This document shows, piece by piece, positions 1 to 8,200 of a DNA stretch of 53,888 nucleotides (position 1 is the stretch's first letter; each line of letters starts with the position of its first letter). A model generated the notes under the pieces. It was given only the letters and a program-made list of their open reading frames with translations. It had not been told where the DNA came from and made no database searches. Origin of the DNA: Nanobdellota archaeon (lineage in GTDB: Archaea > Nanobdellota > Nanobdellia > Pacearchaeales > GW2011-AR1). Made by a program: the position numbers and the translations under genes. The stretch is taken from the NCBI GenBank assembly GCA_038045985.1, contig JBBSXA010000009.1, positions 1 to 53,888 on the forward strand, read 5' to 3'.

Positions 1-66
1 ATTTTGGTTTTAGCTAATATTATATGGTTTGTCGTTGTGAAAAGGATTTTGAAAAGAAAAAGATGA
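1..66 (+). CDS. 3' end of an ORF cut by the window edge: hydrophobic helix plus basic tail (ILVLANIIWFVVVKRILKRKR*)
   Basis: Open frame from base 1 to TGA at 64-66. It has the same helix-plus-Arg/Lys-tail ending as the other surface proteins in this window. Confidence 0.3.
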   Translation: MLVLANIIWFVVVKRILKRKR

Positions 67-163
67 TTATATTGAAATAAAGAAAAATTTATAAACAGCT
101 ATTGTCTCTGAGGTTCAGCTTATTTTATAAGCTTGACAATTAAATGAAAAGAGGTAATGAGGT

Positions 164-361
164 ATGGATCAACAGAAGATTGTTGTTGTTTTGCTTTTGA
201 TAACAATCATTTTATCTATTGTGACTGTGGCTATTACTTTAGGCACTAATGTTCAGGGCTTGTTCTCTAACAGAGATGCAAGAGTGGCAAACATTCAAAA
301 TATTCCTTCACAAGAAAACGGAAATGTTGCTTTGGAAGTCAGGCCTCAAGGTCAGGGTTAA
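164..361 (+). CDS. small N-terminally anchored protein (65 aa)
   Basis: ORF track. Hydrophobic N-terminus VVVLLLITIILSIVTVAITLG. Its stop abuts the next ATG (TAAATG at 359-364), consistent with an operon. Confidence 0.4.
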   Translation: MDQQKIVVVLLLITIILSIVTVAITLGTNVQGLFSNRDARVANIQNIPSQENGNVALEVRPQGQG

Positions 362-1048
362 ATGGAAACAACTAAAGTTTTGATGGTTATTGCTGTTGCG
401 GCAGTTTTTGCCGCAGCTATTGGGTTGTTTGTAAATCTTGGGTTTTTGGCTAATCTCTCTTCTGTGGGAAGAGTTTCAACTGATGTAGGCAACGCTACTT
501 TATATGTTCAAGGAGTTGCAGATATTGTGTTTATAAAAAACCTTATCAATTGGAGCACCGGACAGGTTGATGATGCTCAAGCTGGTTGCAGTATTACTCC
601 CGCTTCTCCCGCTATTCTTACTGCAATTTTTCCTACTGGAACAATTCAGTGCGGCACATGGCAGGCTCAAACAGGGCTTACTTTGCAGAATAGAGGAAAT
701 ACTCCTGTGAGCGTTAAGCTGAGATCAAGTAATAATGCAACGGGTGGAACTATAGGGCCTTTTATAGGAACTAGTGTTCCTGGAGATATTCCTTTATTGG
801 TTTATGATTGGAGAGTTGCAAATAACCAGTCTGGATCTTGCAATGCTACAATGGGGAATTTAGGGCCGACAACATTTGCTCCTGTCAATTTCACTGTAGG
901 CACAGGTCAAGGAACAATTATATGTGCTAATTTGACAAGCATAGCTACAGCTAGGCAATTGAATATAGAGTTTAATGTGACTATTCCTACAAGCGCACCT
1001 GTAGGTCAGAAGTTAAGCCAGATCACAGCAGAAGCATTTGTTATTTAA
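362..1048 (+). CDS. secreted/anchored beta-rich protein, candidate fibre or sheath subunit
   Basis: N-terminal hydrophobic segment. Gly/Thr/Asn-rich body with N-x-S/T sequons. C-terminal motif IPTSAPVGQKLSQITAEAFVI resembles the ends of the 35588 protein and of the 30036 protein. Confidence 0.55.
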   Translation: METTKVLMVIAVAAVFAAAIGLFVNLGFLANLSSVGRVSTDVGNATLYVQGVADIVFIKNLINWSTGQVDDAQAGCSITPASPAILTAIFPTGTIQCGTWQAQTGLTLQNRGNTPVSVKLRSSNNATGGTIGPFIGTSVPGDIPLLVYDWRVANNQSGSCNATMGNLGPTTFAPVNFTVGTGQGTIICANLTSIATARQLNIEFNVTIPTSAPVGQKLSQITAEAFVI

Positions 1049-1104
1049 TTTTTATTTTTTATATTTTCGCAACATATAAAAACTTATTTCGTTATTATTC
1101 TTTT

Positions 1105-2268
1105 ATGGTTTTTGTAAAAGGGGCTTTAGCGGTGTTTTTTGCTTTTGGAATATTTATTTTTAGCATTGAGGGAATTTTTGCTTTGGGAGTCAGCCCTGCC
1201 AAGATTGAAATGAATTTTGAGCCTGGCCTTGAAAAAGATATAAGCTATCAGGTTTTTGGGGGAAACCCTAATGCTGAACTTCAGATTTACGCCAGCGGCG
1301 ATTTGAAAAATTATATTACTTTTGACAAGACAACACTCTCTGGAGAGGGAGGATCTTTTACCGCGCATTTAAAGCTGCCTGACAGCCTTGAAGTGCCTGG
1401 AAGAAATTTTGTTTACATTGGAATCGGGGAAAAAGTTGATCCAGAATTGATACAAGGGCAGATTGGAACTGTTGTTGCCATCAATGTTCTTATAAATGTG
1501 TATGTTCCGTATCCCGGGAGATATCTTGAGGTTGATCTTAAATCCAGCGATGCTAATGTCGGCGAGCCGGTTAGATTCGAATTGAATTTGGAAAGCAAAG
1601 GAGAAGAAGAGATAAATGTCTCGCCTGCAATACAAATTTATTCTGGAGACAAGTTTGTTGAAAATCTTTATTTCTCAAGCAGGCTTATACAAAGCCAGGA
1701 GAAAATCGGCTTAAAGAAAGAATTAGACACTTCCGGTTATAATCCAGGAGTTTACAGGGCTGTTGCTGTTGTTGATTACGGCGTTTTGGCAAGAGATGAA
1801 GAGCAGTTTAGAATTGGGGAGTTAAAAATAGATTTAATTAATTATACACGGCAAGTTGGAATTGGAGGAATAAGGAAGTTTGAACTTGAGATTCAGAGCG
1901 GCTGGAATGATGTTATTGACGGCGCTTATGCTGATATTTATTTTTCTAATCAATCAGGAATTTTTGGAAATTTTAGGACTACTACAACCACTTTAACACC
2001 TTGGGAAAAAAAGAAAATCGACGGATATTTTGACTCGTCTGGGCTCTCTGTTGGAATTTATGACGCGAATATAACACTTTATTATTTTGGAAGGAATGTA
2101 GGAAGCAGCTCAAGCCAGAGCGTAAAAGTAGAGTTTGTGGAAGGCAAGTCCAATATAGGATTGATTTATTATACGGTTTTGGGAGTGGTTATTTTAATAA
2201 TCATTCTCTTTGTTGCCTGGAAGTTTCTTAGGAGGAAAAATGGAAGAAAAATTAGATGGAAAGAATAG
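1105..2268 (+). CDS. surface protein with repeated beta-sandwich-like modules, C-terminal TM helix and basic tail
   Basis: Signal-like N-terminus, then LGVSPAKIEMNFEPG... The C-terminus is YYTVLGVVILIIILFVAWKFLRRKNGRK. Confidence 0.6.
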   Translation: MVFVKGALAVFFAFGIFIFSIEGIFALGVSPAKIEMNFEPGLEKDISYQVFGGNPNAELQIYASGDLKNYITFDKTTLSGEGGSFTAHLKLPDSLEVPGRNFVYIGIGEKVDPELIQGQIGTVVAINVLINVYVPYPGRYLEVDLKSSDANVGEPVRFELNLESKGEEEINVSPAIQIYSGDKFVENLYFSSRLIQSQEKIGLKKELDTSGYNPGVYRAVAVVDYGVLARDEEQFRIGELKIDLINYTRQVGIGGIRKFELEIQSGWNDVIDGAYADIYFSNQSGIFGNFRTTTTTLTPWEKKKIDGYFDSSGLSVGIYDANITLYYFGRNVGSSSSQSVKVEFVEGKSNIGLIYYTVLGVVILIIILFVAWKFLRRKNGRKIRWKE

Positions 2269-2677
2269 AAGGATTTATATTTTGGTTTTAGCATTGCTTT
2301 TTGTAAGCGTGGCTGTTTTTCTTGTTTCTTTTTACATTGACTCAAGAAAGGTTTTGGATGTTAAAGAATTAAATATGAGCCTGACTGTTGGAAATATACC
2401 TGGTTTTGATGTGAGCAAGGACAGACTTGGTTTTGGAGAGCTTGCAATTGGAAACAGCGCCTCCAGAAATGATGTTTATATAACAAATCCTTATGATTTC
2501 CCTATAGAAGTTGATTTTTTAGCAGAAGGAAATATAACTAATTTGATAATATATACAAAAAAACTTGAGCTTTCTCCGGGAGACAAAAGATCTTTTTCTG
2601 CTTCAACTGTAGTTATCTCCAACGAGACTCCTGGATATTATGGTGGGAAATTAATTATTACTTTTAAAAGAGCATAA
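2240..2677 (+). CDS. N-terminally anchored beta-rich protein (start moved to the ATG behind AGGAGG)
   Basis: AGGAGG at 2230-2235, 4 nt before ATG 2240. Hydrophobic RRIYILVLALLFVSVAVFLVSF. The tracked 2210 start would overlap the upstream gene by 59 nt. Confidence 0.5.
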   Translation: MEEKLDGKNRRIYILVLALLFVSVAVFLVSFYIDSRKVLDVKELNMSLTVGNIPGFDVSKDRLGFGELAIGNSASRNDVYITNPYDFPIEVDFLAEGNITNLIIYTKKLELSPGDKRSFSASTVVISNETPGYYGGKLIITFKRA

Positions 2678-2708
2678 TTATTATAAGGAAGCGTTTTTAG
2701 TTAGACTC

Positions 2709-3173
2709 ATGAAAACTGATTTTAAGCTGGGCGTCATATTTATTTTGCTCATTGTCAATTTGGTCTTGCTTCTCTTCATTGGATTCAAGTCAACAGGTTT
2801 TTCTGTTTCTGAAAATAATATTTATTCTTACGATTTTATAAAAGAAGATAAAATTCATTCCAATTTTACTGGAGTTTTTTTTGAGATAGGGAATGCAACT
2901 TTTAGCAGGTTTGAAGATTCTGGAAGCATGGGTTCTTGGCTGGGAGAAGATGCGACTAGTGTTGAGTTTAAGCCAAGAACAGAAGAAGATGTTCATATTG
3001 GTGATGTAATTTCATTCAAGCAAGAAGGAATTTTTATTGTGCATAGAGTAATTGAAAAAGGAATAGATTCTGAAGGAGTTTATTTTGTGACTCGCGGAGA
3101 TAATAATTTCCTTTCTGATGAAAAGATTAGATTTTCCGACATAGAAGGCGTTCTTGTTGCAGTGATATATTGA
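2709..3173 (+). CDS. type I signal peptidase, Sec11/SipW (ER-type) family
   Basis: N-terminal TM, then the catalytic boxes SGSM (Ser), IVHRV (His) and TRGDNN, in the canonical order and spacing. Confidence 0.75.
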   Translation: MKTDFKLGVIFILLIVNLVLLLFIGFKSTGFSVSENNIYSYDFIKEDKIHSNFTGVFFEIGNATFSRFEDSGSMGSWLGEDATSVEFKPRTEEDVHIGDVISFKQEGIFIVHRVIEKGIDSEGVYFVTRGDNNFLSDEKIRFSDIEGVLVAVIY

Positions 3174-3240
3174 TACACTGTGATAAATTTACGGCTTCTT
3201 TGTGGGATAAGTTTTTATATGCTTTTTCCTTATTTCTTTG

Positions 3241-5247
3241 ATGAAAAGAGGTGGGAAAAATTCTTGGAGTGCAAAGCAGATTTTCTTGCTGGTTTTTCTT
3301 TTAGCTGTTACTTTTTTTAATATTTATTATGTATTTTTTTCCTTGAATACGCCTGTTACCGGCTATGGAGTCTCTTCTACAGGTTTTGTTGCATTAACAG
3401 TGGAGGGCGCACCTATAATTAATATTTATGAGCCAAAAAACATGACTTATAATTTCAGTGTCGGCGAGTCCTTGATATTAAATTTGAGTGTTGATGCGAA
3501 TGTGGGCATACAAAGCTGGTGGTATGATCTTTATGATTTTAAGCATGATTTCTGGTTAAATGACATTGCCTTTTCTCCTAATACTACGTTTAATGCGTTT
3601 AGATGGAGCAATCGTATTTTTGTTCATGCTCTTTCTTTAGGGAATTCTGAGTCTGTGAAGAATGTGACTTTCTTTGTTTTTGTGCCTAACTCTCCTCCGG
3701 TAATTTATGATGTTCCAAGCCAGATATTTATCTGCGAGGCTCAGCAGCTTGTGCATGATTTTTATGCTGTTGATGATGACGAAGATGATTTGAGAGGAGC
3801 TATTTTTCCAGAGAATCCGTTTTTTGTCATCCCTGAATTTGGAGTCAGGGAAAATATCACAAGGGTGAACTTTCAGATGGTTTCTGGTCCGCTGAGCAAG
3901 AGCAGCGCAGGAGGCCTTAATGGAGTATACAGAAACTTTTCAGAGCTGATTAGCATCACTGATTTTAATCTTTTAGATTCAAAAAATACTGTAATAACCG
4001 TCATAGAAATAAACAATCCTCCATTTATTGAAGATGTTGGAGTTAAGACTATTTGGAATCAAGGAGAAAATTCTACTTTTTATGAAGAGGTTTTTTCCAG
4101 TGATTATGAGTATTCTTTAGGACACGGAAATTTAATTTACAATCTAACTATATGGAATTCCAGCAGTCAGATAGTTAATTTGTTTGGGATAAATCAGTCT
4201 GGAGTTATTAATTTCACTGCTGCTAACCAAACTCAAATTGGCGTTTACGATATTCAGGTTTGCGTTGAAGATACTGGCCTTCAAAATCCTTATTCTTTAA
4301 TTCAGACTTATTGCAATCAAACCGGAGGATCTATGACTGTTTGTGACAATTTTAGCTTGACTGTCACTAATCAAAATAGAGCTCCTACGATTGTGAATTA
4401 CTCTCCTGAAAATTTGAGATTTAATGCTTCTGGAGCAGATACGATTAAATTTAATATTTCAACTTATGATCCTGATGGCACTAAACCAGATGCTTATTGG
4501 TATGTTGACGGTGTTTTTAAGGAAAAAGATGAAGGCAGTTTTTTTGATGAATTTGATTATATTTTTGGCTGCGAGATTTTTGGGGTGCATAATGTTACAG
4601 TAAATATTACCGATGGTTTGTTAAATGATTCTTTATCATGGATGGTTTCTGTTGGGAATGTTGTCTGCCCTTCTGGCAGCTCACCTAGCGGAGGAGGTGG
4701 AGGCGGGGGAGGCGGTCTTTCTTGCTTTTCTAAATGGGGCTGTGATACATGGAACTTGTGCCAGAACGCCCAGACTTCCCTTAATGTAGGGCTTCTTTCT
4801 GGAGAAGATTACAGGGATATTGAAAGCTCTTGCGCTGAACAGGAATTTGGAGATGAAGCGTGCGGCTTTCAGATAAGAGGATGCAGTGATCTTAGCATGT
4901 GTTTTTTAAGTTCAGGCAAGCCTGCAGAACTGCAATCTTGCGCTTATACTGAGAACCCTAGCTGTGAAGATGGAATAAAAAATTGCCATGACTCTGGATG
5001 CGAATTCCTTGTTGATTGCGGAGGTTCATGCAATGCGTGCCCGACATGCTCTGACAAAATAAAAAATCAGGGAGAAGAAGGAATTGATTGCAGCGGTCCG
5101 TGCCCTTGGAGGTGCATTCCTGAAGTTCCTCTGTTAAAAAGAAGCACAACGCTTTATATCTTTCTGATTATAGCGTTAATTCTTATAATAATTGTTATAA
5201 TAAGATTGATAAGAGTTTTGAAATATAATAGAGAGACTGGAAGGTAG
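3241..5247 (+). CDS. cadherin-like surface adhesin with Gly8 linker, Cys-rich C-terminal module and TM anchor
   Basis: Signal anchor. Motifs NSPPVI / NNPPFIEDVG / NRAPTI sit at module boundaries. Paralogous to the 36941-38875 protein. GGGGGGGG linker, about 30 Cys in the last 150 aa, ending ...IIIVIIRLIRVLKYNRETGR. Confidence 0.75.
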   Translation: MKRGGKNSWSAKQIFLLVFLLAVTFFNIYYVFFSLNTPVTGYGVSSTGFVALTVEGAPIINIYEPKNMTYNFSVGESLILNLSVDANVGIQSWWYDLYDFKHDFWLNDIAFSPNTTFNAFRWSNRIFVHALSLGNSESVKNVTFFVFVPNSPPVIYDVPSQIFICEAQQLVHDFYAVDDDEDDLRGAIFPENPFFVIPEFGVRENITRVNFQMVSGPLSKSSAGGLNGVYRNFSELISITDFNLLDSKNTVITVIEINNPPFIEDVGVKTIWNQGENSTFYEEVFSSDYEYSLGHGNLIYNLTIWNSSSQIVNLFGINQSGVINFTAANQTQIGVYDIQVCVEDTGLQNPYSLIQTYCNQTGGSMTVCDNFSLTVTNQNRAPTIVNYSPENLRFNASGADTIKFNISTYDPDGTKPDAYWYVDGVFKEKDEGSFFDEFDYIFGCEIFGVHNVTVNITDGLLNDSLSWMVSVGNVVCPSGSSPSGGGGGGGGGLSCFSKWGCDTWNLCQNAQTSLNVGLLSGEDYRDIESSCAEQEFGDEACGFQIRGCSDLSMCFLSSGKPAELQSCAYTENPSCEDGIKNCHDSGCEFLVDCGGSCNACPTCSDKIKNQGEEGIDCSGPCPWRCIPEVPLLKRSTTLYIFLIIALILIIIVIIRLIRVLKYNRETGR

Positions 5248-5289
5248 GATTTTGAGAAGTTTTAAAAAGTTTGATTTTTTAACATGTGA

Positions 5290-8200
5290 ATGGGGGTTAA
5301 AAGGAAAAGAGGAATTTTCGTTTTAGTTGCGTGTCTTTTTTTTATAATCATTCAGTTTGGAACTATTTCTGCTACTGATCTTCCTCCGGAATCCAGTGCC
5401 CCTTACCCTGACACCGGAACTTTTGTCCCAAGACAAGGGGAAGTAGGGGTTAGAGGAAGCATTGGAATAAGTTTGTATTCTGGGGCAGAGATTTTTATGT
5501 ACTCTTTATCTGTTCCACAGGGAACAAATTCTCTTAAACCAACACTGGAACTTTTTTACAATAGTCATCAATCAAAACTAAGGCAAGATTACATTGGAGG
5601 AGGTTGGTCATTAACACAAAACTATATAGAGAGATTAGTTAATCATTCTTCTTCAAATATATCTGATGATAAATTTGTTCTAGTTTTAAACGGGAATTAT
5701 CAAAAACTTGTTTTTTCCTCTCTTGATCAGAGATATCATACAGAAGTGGAAAGCTTTATGCATATAACAAATCTCTCTGGAGGAGATAATGCCAATGGAC
5801 AATACTGGATTGCTAAAACAAAGGATGGTACATCATACAGATTTGGTTTTATAAATAATTCTGAGTTGATTTCAAATTTACATAATTATACTGTAAGATG
5901 GAATCTTGATCTTGTTAATGATACATATAACAATTCAATATTTTACAGTTATCTTGAAGATCCTTTTACAAATGATAGCGGAACATCTTACTTAGACAAG
6001 ATTGAGTATAACAATGATAAAAGCAGGAAAATTGAGTTTTTGTGGGAGTCAGCAGATAGGCCAGACTTAATTACAACATATGAAGAAGGAAATAAAATCA
6101 GCAATTCTAGGCGATTAAAAGAGGTAATTGCAAGTGCAAATAATTCTTTGGTAAGCAGATATGTAATAGAATATATAAATTTTGAGCCGATTTCTGAATT
6201 GACTTTTATTTCTAACATAACTGAATATGGTAGTGATAATTCCAGTTCACTTTCTCCTACAAAATTTGAATATGATTTTTCTAGTGGGGCTATATGGGAT
6301 GGTGATACAAACGTGAATATGTCTTATCCTATGTGCAGTGGATATTATGATGACCCTCCTGGAACACCAAGAGTGTCTAATCTTTGCTTTGGTGGAGCTG
6401 ATGAGGGCAATATAAGATTCGCTGATGTAAACGGTGATGGTTTAATTGATATTCTGAAAAGTACTGAAGGGAAAGATGCGAGTTCGTGTCCGGGGGGAAC
6501 AGAGCCTTGCGGAGAGTCTGAAATATGGATAAGCAATGGCACTGGATGGACGAATCAAACTAGTTGGAATAAATCCTATCCAAAATGCAGTGGGTATTAT
6601 GGAGATTCTGTAACAACCAGAGAATCTGAGTTTTGCTTTGGAGGATTGGATGAAGATAACATTAGGCTAGAAGATGTGAATGGTGATGGGTTAATTGATA
6701 TCATGAAAAGTAGTGGGGGAATAGATGCGAGTTCTTGTCCTGGGGGAACTAAATCTTGTGGGAGTTCCAGAATTTTAATTAATAATGGAACTGGGTGGGA
6801 TGAAAACACAGCTTGGAATAGGTCCTATCCCAAATGCAGTGGGTCTTCAGAGGATCCGGCAGGGACTCCAAAAGAATCCAAATTATGTTTTGGAGAGAAT
6901 GAGGCTGACAATATTAGGTTTGCAGATGTAAACGGTGATGGATTATTTGATATCTTATACAGTTCTGGAGGTATAGATGGGAGTTCGTGCCCAGGTGGAA
7001 GTCAACCTTGTGGAGAGTCTGAGATATGGATAAATAATGGCAGTGGTTGGGACATAAACGCAACATGGAATAAGTCTTATCCTAAATGTAGCGGAGCTTT
7101 TGGAGATTCTGTAACAGCAAGGCAATCTCAATTTTGCTTTGGGGATAGCGATTCAGATAATATTAGATTTGCTGATATGAATGGTGATGGATTATTTGAT
7201 ATTTTGTATAGTTCAGGAGGAATAGATGCAGGTTCATGTCCGGGAGGAACTCAACCCTGTGGAAGCTCTAGAACTTTAATCAATAATGGCACTGGATGGA
7301 CTAATGATACTAATTGGAAATACCCTAGATGTAGTGGATCTTCCAGTGATCCTGGAGGCACGCCTAAGCAATCTGAACTTTGTTTTGGAGATAGTGATTC
7401 TGATAATATTAGATTTGCAGATGTTAATGGAGATGGATTATTTGATATTTTATATAGTTCTGGAAGCATAGATACAACCTCATGTCCTGGAGGCACTGAG
7501 TCTTGTGGTATATCAATCATTTGGGTAAATAACGGTTCTAGTTGGATTAATCAAACTAGTTGGAATAAGTCCTATCCAAAGTGTAGTGGATATTATGGAG
7601 ATTCTGTGACAACTAGAAAAGCTGATCTTTGTTTTGGAGAGAATGATGCCGATAATATAAGGTTTAGTGATGTTAATGGCGATGGTTTATTTGATATATT
7701 GTTTAGTTCTGAGGGAGTAGATATAGGATTTTGCCCAGGAGGAACTGAAAACTGTGGCAGATCAAGGGTTTATATGAATAATGGAACAACTTTTTTGTTA
7801 AATAAAATAACAAATGAATTTGGAGGCATTAGTCAAATCCATTATAAAGAATCTACATTATTAGATAACACTGGAGATGATAATTTTAGTGATATTGGAT
7901 TTAATATTTGGATAGTGGCAAACAAGACGGAAGATAATGGGATGGATGGAAGCCATAGTGTTCAATCAATTACAACATATAATTATTCCGGAGGAAAATA
8001 TGAGTATTATCCAAAAAATGAGTTTAGAGGATTTAATTATGCTGAAGAGATAATTGGAGACAAAGTAATCAATCATTGGTTTTATCAGGATGATGCAAAA
8101 AAGGGCATAGAATATGAAACTGAAGCCTTTGACAACCAAAGCAATCCTTATTCTAAAGTCTTGCAAACATGGAATTCCACTGATATGGGGAATTACTACG

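Noticed and set aside
1126-1635. Minus-strand ORFs (1126-1368, 1369-1635, 1413-1598) inside the 1105-2268 gene. Similar antisense or alternate-frame ORFs occur inside other long genes (e.g. 5988-6218, 6345-6542, 6597-6809, 7251-7520, 7286-7471, 7966-8166, 17113-17337, 30851-31150, 31991-32248, 38044-38310, 47879-48247, 52201-52485).
   Set aside because: All lie entirely within much longer ORFs that have recognisable domains. Their products are low-complexity mirror translations. The repeated minus-strand ORFs at 6.3-7.5 kb merely reflect the tandem FG-GAP repeats on the plus strand.
4690-4715. Gly-, Ser- and Gln-coding runs (4690-4715, 18640-18690, 38070-38105, 44824-44850) as slipped-strand phase-variation tracts.
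   Set aside because: The Gly and Ser runs use mixed codons (ggaggaggtggaggcggggga...), not homopolymers or perfect short repeats. All tracts are in-frame multiples of three, so slippage would change length rather than switch the gene off.
3241-5247. The upstream adhesin as the missing TcA-like translocator for the Rhs protein.
   Set aside because: At 669 aa it is far too small. It shows cadherin-like modules and a membrane anchor, with nothing resembling a TcA pore or shell.
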